Shown: positions 7,850 to 16,907 of the stretch, in pieces | Numbering within the stretch: position 1 is the stretch's first letter | Layout: every line of letters starts with the position of its first letter | DNA from: Trichomonas gallinae | Lineage: Eukaryota | NCBI GenBank assembly: GCA_008369845.1 | Contig: MRSU01001328.1 | Coordinates: forward strand, 46,544-66,543 | DNA length: 20,000 nt | Direction: 5' to 3' | Translations under genes and position numbers: made by a program | Notes under the pieces: model-generated | The model's input: the letters and a program-made list of their open reading frames with translations, nothing else | Databases searched by the model: none | Told to the model about the DNA's origin: nothing

Positions 7850-8911
7850 ATGTCAAAATTTTTATTTTCACTTCAATGGAAGAAGATATTTTTCCATGCA
7901 GGATGTCAAATACACAGCGATGGACCTTCATATGATGTCTGGTTATACTATTATGGAACCACATATCAAGGCAATCCATATAACTTTGAAACAAACAAAA
8001 TTATATCGAGCAAAAATTCTGAAGCTTTTGTTTATTCATGTATTTTCTACGATTTAGCAAATAGCAGCATTAAATTCAAAACCGGCGATATTAAATTCAT
8101 CCATTCTCTTTGTTTTTTTGATTATTGTCGAAATCGCGGGAATGGAGGTGCAATTTTCTTCAACTGCAATGGATCTATCGTACAACATAGGTTTTGCACA
8201 ACAAATACATACGTAACAAGCTATGAAGGCTTCCATTGTTATTCAAGTTTGATTTCAGGAAGTAAAAAGAATAATATTATTGTTGAAAGTACTATTTCTA
8301 ACTGCATACGAACAAATAGTCAAAGAATAGTCTCATTGTATTACGGAAATATCGGAATTTTCTCAACAAATATCACTAAAAACAAAGCTTATGGTTGGTC
8401 AGGGGTTCATTTGCTATCTCCATATGATATAGGAATAATAAATTATTCAACATTTGAAGGAAACGTCGCAGCAAAAGGTTGGATTTGTCTTGGACATCAT
8501 TTTTCTTCTTCTTGCAAAGACTACATGTGTAACATTGTTGCAAACAATCAATCAAGTTCAGATTTTGGTACAATTTACGCATTAGGGTCTCTCACAATAG
8601 AAAACTGCTCAATTTTAGGTCCACATGGAAATGGATCAGCTTTTTCTGCAAATAGTAATAATGTGCCAATTCATATTATTAATTGCAATATCGATAACTT
8701 CTCTACTTATAGAGGCTCGTATTCTGCCAGTGGAATCCAAATCACGAACAGTCTCAATATATTATCTCAGCTATCTACCTATCAGTGTGTAACTAAACAT
8801 CCGCTTCAAAATAACTTGTGGCACAACATAAATATTAATTCGTTCTACTTTTATCATTCTATATCGATGTTTGGCGTATGCGAATTAATATTTACTCAAT
8901 ATGCAATATAA
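7850..8911 (+). CDS. Cys/Asn/Ser-rich hypothetical protein with Pmp-like GGAI motif (probable beta-helix surface/secreted protein)
   Basis: W.YYY motif near the N-terminus, GNGGAIFF, FEGN, LSTYQC near the C-terminus and a hydrophobic C-terminal end. Collinear with 12069..13052. Confidence 0.7.
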   Translation: MSKFLFSLQWKKIFFHAGCQIHSDGPSYDVWLYYYGTTYQGNPYNFETNKIISSKNSEAFVYSCIFYDLANSSIKFKTGDIKFIHSLCFFDYCRNRGNGGAIFFNCNGSIVQHRFCTTNTYVTSYEGFHCYSSLISGSKKNNIIVESTISNCIRTNSQRIVSLYYGNIGIFSTNITKNKAYGWSGVHLLSPYDIGIINYSTFEGNVAAKGWICLGHHFSSSCKDYMCNIVANNQSSSDFGTIYALGSLTIENCSILGPHGNGSAFSANSNNVPIHIINCNIDNFSTYRGSYSASGIQITNSLNILSQLSTYQCVTKHPLQNNLWHNININSFYFYHSISMFGVCELIFTQYAI

Positions 8912-9127
8912 TAAATGCACTATTACCTAATATACCTTCATGCTAACCCACTCAGCTCCTTTAAAAATACAAAATAAATTTCGAAATTTATATTTTCATA
9001 ATATATATAATATATCCCATGCTGATATTAAATTCAACTTTTTTTGGGAACAAAAGATTTCGATGCAGCCCCTGCAATAATTTGTCACTTTTATTATTCG
9101 TTGAAAATTTTTTTGTAAATATAAAAA

Positions 9128-11014
9128 ATGTGGGAAGAATCGGATCCTTCTCCACCTCCACCGCAAATAAGCAAATCACGACGTTCGCAAAACACTAATC
9201 CTAGGTTTAAACGGTGCAGAAAAGTTCAAGAGCCAGAAATACGATTTCCAGAAAAACAAATTCAGCGAAGAAACGATATTTACGATGAGCCAGAGTACCT
9301 TGTCGAGCAAAAGGCTCAAGTTCTCGCAGAAATTGATCAGCTCAAACAAGAAATTATTCCATTACAAGAAAAATTGGATCGCTTACAACAGTCACACAGA
9401 GAGAAGGTGGCAGATAGCGTAAAGTTCAGGAGGAGGTTTGACCTCGATTCAGACGCGATTGACGCAGAAGAAAAAAGATATAACAAATCTGAAGAATTGG
9501 CAGACCTTCAGGCACAGTTTAAGGAAATAGACAACCAATACAACTTCTTATCATCGTATTTCACAGTAGAAAACGATAAAAAATTCAAGGCAGAACTTGT
9601 GATGCAAAGACAAGTCTTCGGACTACTTAAAAAGGAGATTGTCGACGCTAACAACAAACTAGACTCAATATACAGCCAGATTACAGACCCACGACTTACT
9701 GCAAACGTTCAGAAAGCTCTAGAAATGACAGAAGAATCGAGAAATCTTGAAAAAAGACTCAAAGAGTTGCAAAAGAAGGAAAAACAAATCATCGAAGACA
9801 GAAAGAAACAGAAGAAGCCAAAGAAATCTATAGAAGAGCTGCAGCAGGAGCTGTACAAAGAGCAGCAGAGGTTGAACACTGCAGTCATAACAAGGAAAAG
9901 GCTCCAAGCTGAACTCGACAGATTCAAGCCGAAACCAGTGAAAGTTGTCAACGAAAATGCGCCGTACACGACAGAGACAACTGCAGCCAAGCCAGAGGGA
10001 GAGTCAGACTTCGACGTGGAAGAAGAATTTGAAGACAACAAGAATAACGAAGAGGAAGAAGAAAACGAATTCGAGTTCGGTGGAGAAAAAGAAGAAAGCG
10101 AAAACAAATTTGCCGATAGAGATTTCGAATCAAACAAAGATGAAAACAAAGATGACTTTGAATCAGACAAGCACAGTACAGAAAAGGATGATTTCTCTTC
10201 AGAAAAACACAGCGAAAAAGATGATTTCGAATCTGATAAAGTTGACTTCGCATCAGAGAAGCATAGCAAAATGGATGATGAATTCGAGTCCGTCAAAGAA
10301 GATGATGAAAAAGAGAAAAATGAGAAACATAGCGAAAAGGATGATGACGAGTTTGAGTCCGTCAAAGAGAAACAAAGCGAGAAAGAAGAAGAGTTTGAGT
10401 CCGTCAAAGATGATGAAAAAGAGAAAAGCGAAAAGGATGATGAAGATTTTGGGTCCGTTAAAGAGAAACAAAGTGAAAAAGATGATGATGAATTCGAATC
10501 AGTTAAAGATGATGAGAAAGAAAAACAAAGCGAAAAGGATGATGATGAATTTGAGTCTGTCAAAGATGATGAGAAAGAGAAAAGTGAAAAAGAGGAGTTT
10601 TTATCTGATAAGCATAGTACTCAAAATGATGATGGATTTGACTCTGTTCAGGAAACGGTTGTCCAAAAAGAAGAGAATGCTGATTTCGAATCTGAACAAG
10701 TAAAAGATGATTTCAGCTCAGCTAAAGAAAAGCATAATGACTTTGAGTCAAAATCTGGAGAAATCAAAGATGATTTTGCATCAGAAGAACATCAGGATGC
10801 AAAAGTTGAATCAGTTAAAGAAGAAGAAAAAGACGAATTCGAAGATGACGAGTTCGAGAATGATGACCAAGAGAAGAAAGATGATGACTTCGAGGATGAA
10901 TTCGAAAATGATCAAAATGATGTGAACGCACATTCTTTGTCATTCCAGAAGAAGATGGATGGACTCCTTGACGGTCTTGTAGTTGACAACTCGGAGTTCA
11001 GCTCCCAAAATTAA
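9128..11014 (+). CDS. Coiled-coil protein with long acidic low-complexity repeat C-terminus, 628 aa
   Basis: Heptad-rich E/K/Q/L region at about aa 55-265, then D/E/K/S-rich repeats of the form DDFES. TCACTT Inr-like element at 9085. Confidence 0.8.
   Translation: MWEESDPSPPPPQISKSRRSQNTNPRFKRCRKVQEPEIRFPEKQIQRRNDIYDEPEYLVEQKAQVLAEIDQLKQEIIPLQEKLDRLQQSHREKVADSVKFRRRFDLDSDAIDAEEKRYNKSEELADLQAQFKEIDNQYNFLSSYFTVENDKKFKAELVMQRQVFGLLKKEIVDANNKLDSIYSQITDPRLTANVQKALEMTEESRNLEKRLKELQKKEKQIIEDRKKQKKPKKSIEELQQELYKEQQRLNTAVITRKRLQAELDRFKPKPVKVVNENAPYTTETTAAKPEGESDFDVEEEFEDNKNNEEEEENEFEFGGEKEESENKFADRDFESNKDENKDDFESDKHSTEKDDFSSEKHSEKDDFESDKVDFASEKHSKMDDEFESVKEDDEKEKNEKHSEKDDDEFESVKEKQSEKEEEFESVKDDEKEKSEKDDEDFGSVKEKQSEKDDDEFESVKDDEKEKQSEKDDDEFESVKDDEKEKSEKEEFLSDKHSTQNDDGFDSVQETVVQKEENADFESEQVKDDFSSAKEKHNDFESKSGEIKDDFASEEHQDAKVESVKEEEKDEFEDDEFENDDQEKKDDDFEDEFENDQNDVNAHSLSFQKKMDGLLDGLVVDNSEFSSQN
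10260..10600 (+). repeat. Intragenic coding tandem repeat, K(Q/H)SEKDDDEFESVK(DDEK)E units
   Basis: Six consecutive F(E/G)SVK units, visible in DNA as ga(a/g)tt(c/t)ga(g/a)tcngt(c/t)aaaga. Confidence 0.85.
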
Positions 11015-11219
11015 TCCATTATATTGTTTTGTATGAAATATTTTGTCGTAAATGTTATATTTTTAAAATCAATTGCAATTATCTATAAAAACTGTTAATT
11101 TTTGATGTTCATTTTTTGAAGCCATAATTAGTACTTTCGAATCTTTTTTCTCTCAAATTTATATATCCTTTCATAACAATGATTTTAATTTGTTATAGTT
11201 GCAGCTTTCATTCTGATTT

Positions 11220-11969
11220 TTATAGATAAATAAATACAAACAAATAATTCCAGTTAAAATATAAAAATCTACGCGATAAACATGTTGGAGGTGGATTGAA
11301 TGGATATAAGTATATTATATCTGATTGTTTAAATGTGGAATATAGGAAGCAATCTTTTCCAAATGTAGGAATTTTTTGATTATATGAACGAAGGATGAAA
11401 ATTTCTTTGATATTATTTTTGTTCTTAAAATTGATATTTCCAAATTTCGTGAATGTCTCTGGGAATACTACAGTATTTAATTGACCAGAATCTTTAAATG
11501 CAGCGAGAATACTGGACTCAACACCAGCAGGAACGATTAGCTTTGTAAGATTTATTGAAGCTGGACAGTAAATTACTGTTTTCATGTTTTTGGTGTATAT
11601 TATTCCCTCAACAGAAGTAAAATATTGATTGTCAGGGTCAACATCTATGTGAACGAAGTAAGGATTCAAGTCAAAAGGATTTTCTGGATGCATATACGAG
11701 ACTAATTTTGGAATAAACAAATACTGTAGTTTAGAGCTAGGAAATACGTCATTCTGAATAGTTGTGAGTGTTTGCGGTAGTGTGAGATTGGTTAAATTAG
11801 TGAATCCGGAGAAACAATATAGTGGTAAAATTTCAAATCCATCGGATACTGTCACATCCGTGTACAGTGACTTGTCAATGTCTGATGGAAATGAAACTGT
11901 TGTTTCACCACTGAATGGTAACACATAGTTTTTATCGCCCGATAGTTTACTAAAAGTGTCAGATGTCAA
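11220..11969 (-). CDS. BspA-like (TpLRR) surface protein, possibly 5'-defective
   Basis: TpLRR repeats (YCFSGFTNLTNLTLPQTLTTIQNDVF, YLFIPKLVSYM) and the BspA-typical IDVDPDNQYFTSVEGIIYTKNMKTVIYCP. C-terminal TC..RR followed by a hydrophobic tail. The track start is TTG, and there is no in-frame ATG before about residue 92. Confidence 0.8.
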   Translation of the reverse strand: MTSDTFSKLSGDKNYVLPFSGETTVSFPSDIDKSLYTDVTVSDGFEILPLYCFSGFTNLTNLTLPQTLTTIQNDVFPSSKLQYLFIPKLVSYMHPENPFDLNPYFVHIDVDPDNQYFTSVEGIIYTKNMKTVIYCPASINLTKLIVPAGVESSILAAFKDSGQLNTVVFPETFTKFGNINFKNKNNIKEIFILRSYNQKIPTFGKDCFLYSTFKQSDIIYLYPFNPPPTCLSRRFLYFNWNYLFVFIYL

Positions 11970-12013
11970 AATTTTTTGGATAAAATTTTTGACAAATTTC
12001 TGAAGTCTTTCAA

Positions 12014-12031
12014 TTTTTTTTTTTTTTTTTT
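12014..12031 (+). repeat. Poly(T)18 tract in the short divergent intergenic region
   Basis: Directly visible homopolymer between the BspA-like and GGAI-family 5' ends. Confidence 0.9.
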
Positions 12032-12052
12032 GTGAATGAAAAATGCCTTTGA

Positions 12053-13052
12053 ATGGTTGTGATGATTATTGCATTCTGCTTGGACTGACTACTACGACGG
12101 AAGTTACATACCTTTCAGTGGTGGTGAGATCAGCTCAAATGGACAATATTACGTAACAAACTGCTACTTTGAGAATAGCGTATCTCGATCCATTGGATTT
12201 TCTAACTCGAATGTCGACACAAACCGACTCCTTGTTGAATACAGTTCATTCACAAATATCAGAAGCTATAACAATGGAGGTGCGATATATTTCTACTCTA
12301 AAGGTGAATGTTGCTTGAATCGATTATGTGGAATTGATTGTGTTGCAACATCTTTAGGTCAATTCCTTTTTTCAAGCGTATCTGATATGCAAAACAAAAA
12401 GAATAATTTCAATTTTTCGAGTTATTCAGGAAAACAAGCATCTACTTATGGAGCTAATCCATGTGACATGTATAACGGTCAAACATTATCAAGTCACATA
12501 AATGTTTCGAACACAAAACTTCCTGAGCCGGGTATAAGACATATATTTTCATATAATCCTAGAATGGGTTTTCTGACAATAAACAACTGCTCTGGACGAT
12601 ATGTTGTCATATTTGAATCAATAAAGAGTCAAGGAACACTAACTTTTTCTAAAATCACTAAGAACAACGGCCCTGATGTGATAACATTATGGGATGGTCC
12701 ATCATTAATTGTTGAAGATTGTTATATTGTTGAAAATAAGAAATCACCATTGTTTTATATCAATAACGCTGGCACAATGACAGTAAATCGATGTTATTTG
12801 GAAAAGAATGATAACGGAATAAATGGAAATGTAAATACGAATAATATTGCAACAGTGAAGTTTGAGTTGAATATAGAACATCTGATGACGAACCAATGCA
12901 TTGCACAATACACAGAGAAGCAAAAGAACAACGCCGTATTTCGACTTTTCGATGCGAAAATCATTGCATCATGCCACATTGTTTGTCTCAATGAATATGG
13001 CCGCATCCAATCTAACGTTGTCACTCCACTCGCTGTCCCATTTGGTGAATAA
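12053..13052 (+). CDS. GGAI-motif Cys/Asn-rich protein (paralog of 7850..8911) with frameshifted 5' end; possible pseudogene
   Basis: The main frame (12066-13052) has WTDYY, NNGGAIYF and HLMTNQC, but its first ATG is at 12387. The leader MVVMIIAF (ATG 12053/12062) is in a different frame that stops at 12088. Confidence 0.65.
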
Positions 13053-13095
13053 AAACATGAACTTTTTTTCATAATCAAACATTCAAACAATTTTA

Positions 13096-15615
13096 TTATT
13101 TAGATTTTCGCTTTCTATGTTTAGGACGAAGAGGAAGAACATTCCCATTCTCGTCACGTCCTGCAATGATTGAAATAGAGTCGAGATTCTCTTCAACACG
13201 ATTAGTTTCTTCGTCATTCTTCGCCTTTTTCTTGTCGTCGAACGATGTGCGTCTAAATATGTCTATTCTCTCTTCAGCATCTTCCTGGTTTTCTGGTTGA
13301 TCATCGTTGTCGTCTTCAAAAACATCGCTTTTGTTGGATTCGCACGAGTTTGATTCCAAAGTTGGAGTACTTTCGTCGTTTAATTCTTTTTTCATTTGCA
13401 TGATACCACGAGATGAGTCGCTGGACTTTGATATGTGAGGTACTAGGTTATCTGACTCAGCAACATCTTTGATTCTAGTAACAATTGGCGAAGAAACGAA
13501 AGGATTTTGAATTGATCTAGATGGCTGTGGTGTTAGCGCAAATCTGCGATCATATAAGTTGCCCATGCGCGGAGTCTGGATGAATCTCGGTGTCTTAACA
13601 GTGGATGCGCTAAGAGGACTCGAAGAATTGAAATGAGAAACTGATTTGAAAAGCTCTATTTGCTCATATGATAGAGTCTTCGGGAACATTGGTTGGCTGT
13701 AATATTTAAAAACAGTATAAGGTTTAATGAATGGACTGTTTTGTGGAATTGGAAATGAATCTTCTCTAACTTTGACTGCTCTTGCAAGCATATCGAATAT
13801 ATGTTGCTTATAGTCCATAGAAATCTTAGACATTCTGTATAATTCTTCGATATCTTCACTCGGATATGATATTACGAGATTTGACTTCGCCTTTAGTGCA
13901 GACTTCAGCATGTCCGTGTATTCGTGTGGATTCATTGGTTCGCTGCCGTCAAAAACAAGAACTTCGATTTTATCGTCTTGCTCAATAAGGTTTCTAAGGT
14001 TAATGACACCACTGTCAGAAATCGAATTTTGACAAATGTCAAAATGAATAATATTCGATTTTGTGACTGATCTGATAAGTTTTCCGCATGAATGGCCTTT
14101 CATCTTTCTTTTGCTTGTCCCACTGACACATAGATATAACAGAGAAGGAGAAATCTCAACAAAATGAGAAAGTTGAGATACATAACTAGAATCTTTTTCT
14201 GAAAAACAGCCGCGCAATGACAAATAACTCAGCAATGGCTGCTTCTGGAGGAACTCAAATAATGAAGAAGAAAGTGGATTTTTGTCCCAATTTAAGCCTG
14301 ATAACGTCTTTGATGAAACTTCTTTGAGAAAAGCAAAGATCCTATCCCATGATTCGACTTGTGCCTTGGAAACTGATAGTTTGAGTCCATTTATTGGATA
14401 TTTTCCAACCATCATCTGCATGAATTGTAGAAAAGTGTCGCCACACCATTTAATCTTGTTTGCAATGATGCAGAATATAGTTGGTGGCAATTTTGTGTCT
14501 ATTTTTATCTGTTTCGTTGAAAGATTTTCGCTGATGTCGAGATATTTCAATCTGATGAGTGTGCTATTAGAAATATACTCAAATACATCTGATACTTCTA
14601 CTCCCGTGTTTGCAAGTGATAAAGCGAAGACATTTGGAATTCTTGGCAAAATTTTCATTATATCTAAGTGTTTTGTTCCTGATAAGTTAACCACTGTAAT
14701 ATTTTTCATGAGAGAAGGTGATAAAAACTTAGTAGAAAGAAAATTGGACGAATCTGAATTCCTTGATACGTTATGTAAGCCGATCGAGGTTATTTTGAGA
14801 TTCTCGCAGATCTTGCTTATCATGCCGAGCTCTTCTGTAGATAAATCTGTATTCTCGAATGATAAAGATTTAATTTTGATTTTACGGGATTTTAAAAGCT
14901 TGGATAAAAGCTGAACTATAGTATTATCTGACTTTCCGACGAATTCTATGTTGCTTATTGTGGATATATTTGATATATACGAATCAAAATCTGGATATTT
15001 CGAATAATTTGTTAATTTTATTGTATCTATAAATTTCATTAACGGTAATACGTCGAATAGCTGTGGTATATACTGATTATAATTCGAAAATTCTCCTAAA
15101 TCAATCGTAGACTGTCCAAACTTTGCAATATTTGTGATAGCGTCGATGAATCTTTGTGGAAGCTCGATTTTTCGAACTTTTGCAGTTTGTGTTAATCTGT
15201 ATATAGCTGGAAATCCCGTATTTTCAACAGTTGCAAACCCCAATTCTGTAAACTTTCTTTCGTTGCTGATCTGTCGCATTATGTGTCCTACTGCGTAAAA
15301 CATGATTTCTGCGCGATTTGTATTGATAATTATTTCGATACTCTCAAATGCCAGAGAAATCTGGTTCAATCGATATTCAATTTGTATGAGTTTAATCCAC
15401 GACTCACTTTGCCTCAGTTTTTTCGTCCTAGATTCGTAAACGTCCAAAGTTTGATCTGTGACAACATAATGAAGCGTTTGCGTGTAAGAATCAAGTAGAT
15501 CAACTGATGATGCAGCACATAATGGAATCCTTCCTAACCTTTTGCATTCAGCAACTGCATCAGCAAGTGAAAAAATCATACAAAAAAACTTTATTCCAAA
15601 AAGTGACAAAATCAT
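13096..15615 (-). CDS. Large RNI-like leucine-rich repeat protein (CARMIL-like layout: PH-like N-terminus, LRRs, disordered tail)
   Basis: LRR motifs (VVNLSGT, ALSLANT, LKYLDISEN, GLNWDKNPL, YLSLRGC, HFDICQNSISDSG) and a Ser/acidic/basic tail. The start may be the ATG at 15579, which has TCACTT upstream. Confidence 0.8.
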   Translation of the reverse strand: MILSLFGIKFFCMIFSLADAVAECKRLGRIPLCAASSVDLLDSYTQTLHYVVTDQTLDVYESRTKKLRQSESWIKLIQIEYRLNQISLAFESIEIIINTNRAEIMFYAVGHIMRQISNERKFTELGFATVENTGFPAIYRLTQTAKVRKIELPQRFIDAITNIAKFGQSTIDLGEFSNYNQYIPQLFDVLPLMKFIDTIKLTNYSKYPDFDSYISNISTISNIEFVGKSDNTIVQLLSKLLKSRKIKIKSLSFENTDLSTEELGMISKICENLKITSIGLHNVSRNSDSSNFLSTKFLSPSLMKNITVVNLSGTKHLDIMKILPRIPNVFALSLANTGVEVSDVFEYISNSTLIRLKYLDISENLSTKQIKIDTKLPPTIFCIIANKIKWCGDTFLQFMQMMVGKYPINGLKLSVSKAQVESWDRIFAFLKEVSSKTLSGLNWDKNPLSSSLFEFLQKQPLLSYLSLRGCFSEKDSSYVSQLSHFVEISPSLLYLCVSGTSKRKMKGHSCGKLIRSVTKSNIIHFDICQNSISDSGVINLRNLIEQDDKIEVLVFDGSEPMNPHEYTDMLKSALKAKSNLVISYPSEDIEELYRMSKISMDYKQHIFDMLARAVKVREDSFPIPQNSPFIKPYTVFKYYSQPMFPKTLSYEQIELFKSVSHFNSSSPLSASTVKTPRFIQTPRMGNLYDRRFALTPQPSRSIQNPFVSSPIVTRIKDVAESDNLVPHISKSSDSSRGIMQMKKELNDESTPTLESNSCESNKSDVFEDDNDDQPENQEDAEERIDIFRRTSFDDKKKAKNDEETNRVEENLDSISIIAGRDENGNVLPLRPKHRKRKSK

Positions 15616-15872
15616 TGAGCAAAAATTTTTTCTTTCATATGTTAAGTCTATTATGTCAAATAAGCCTATTTTTCATAAAATTTTCGAGTAACGATTAATT
15701 TTTTAGATAAAATATAAGAAATCTATAATTTATAGCTTAACCCTATGAAAAATCATCAACATTGGGTTTGTCTGGTTGTTTCGATTTCATGTTAAGAGGA
15801 AAAAATACTAATACATTTATCATACATGATAAAAAGAAATAAAATAAGAGATAATGATACACAATAAGATTT

Positions 15873-16409
15873 CTATTTTGTTTCTGGTGCGATCTTGATA
15901 CGTTCCGAGGCAGTATTTACCATCTCATAATATTTCTTTGTATCTTCGATTCCACCATCTATTGGAAGGTAAACTGTTAGATCGTTCGGTACTCTTTCCT
16001 GGAATGTTAAAAGATTTGGTTTTTCTTTAGCATTTTTAGCCCTAGCAATAATAATGGGCTTGGGATCTTCTGGCTTCAGCTGAGTGAGAAGCCAATTGAG
16101 TGACTTCAAGCTCAGTAATGTCTGACCTGGTGTGGATAAATCTGGGAAGTAAAAAGTAATAAATGTGTTTTCATTCTCAGTGATAAGCTTTGGCCACTGC
16201 TTTCTCGCCATTCTTGATGAATCAGCAACAAGGAAATTATATGTTATTTGGCTAAAAGCTGTCGTCATGAATGTTTTATTCATCGAATCCGCGAATGCTT
16301 GTTGGCCACGGTCTGGAAGGCCGTATATAATACATGTTGCTTTTACTTGATTATTTAATTTCTTCTGTTTGGTCTTCTTCCTATCGACAACAGATCCACC
16401 GCAGCCCAT
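15873..16409 (-). CDS. N-myristoylated/palmitoylated small protein with degenerate Arf/G-alpha-like GTPase fold
   Basis: MGCGGS N-terminus. IIYGLPDRGQQAF resembles G1 and ARKQWPK resembles switch II (R..W), followed by FYFPDLS and PIIIAR strands. The canonical GKS/T, DxxG and NKxD motifs are absent. Confidence 0.6.
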   Translation of the reverse strand: MGCGGSVVDRKKTKQKKLNNQVKATCIIYGLPDRGQQAFADSMNKTFMTTAFSQITYNFLVADSSRMARKQWPKLITENENTFITFYFPDLSTPGQTLLSLKSLNWLLTQLKPEDPKPIIIARAKNAKEKPNLLTFQERVPNDLTVYLPIDGGIEDTKKYYEMVNTASERIKIAPETK

Positions 16410-16907
16410 TTGAATCTAATTGCACGTTATTTTTTTTATGATTTTACAAAAGTTTTATCTTTTGTTTTAATAATATTGTTTGTATTAAGTAGTCTTCAAA
16501 TATCTAAAAATCAAGCAAAAAATGAATTCAAATTTTTTTTTTCTCTTGTTTAATGGTTTTGGATCCTTAGCGAAAGGATATGAAATGTTTCCATCTTTTA
16601 TAGTAAGTATAATAGCTGTATAATCCCAATAATCACTTGATTCAATATCAAATCGAAAATATTCGAATTTTAAGCTACTTTTACTAACAAAATATACTTA
16701 ATTATTGACATATATCTATAATTTCAAGCCATGTTTGCAAATTAAAAAAACTTTTTTTTATTTTTTTAGAACACTAATTTATAGCTCAGAAATTGTTCTT
16801 CCTCTCATAAAAGTTCAGGATGATTTGGTCTTTTGGTTAGAAATAAATTATATAACAATACAAAAATAAATATGGAGTATTTTGTATGACAGTAGATACA
16901 TTTTTAA

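Noticed and set aside
9709..10925. Long antisense Ser/Phe-rich ORF and alternative-frame Lys/Met-rich ORFs
   Set aside because: Expected shadows of the low-complexity GAA/GAT/AAA repeat gene.
14282..14914. 210-aa + strand ORF
   Set aside because: Antisense to the LRR gene, TTG start, no motifs.
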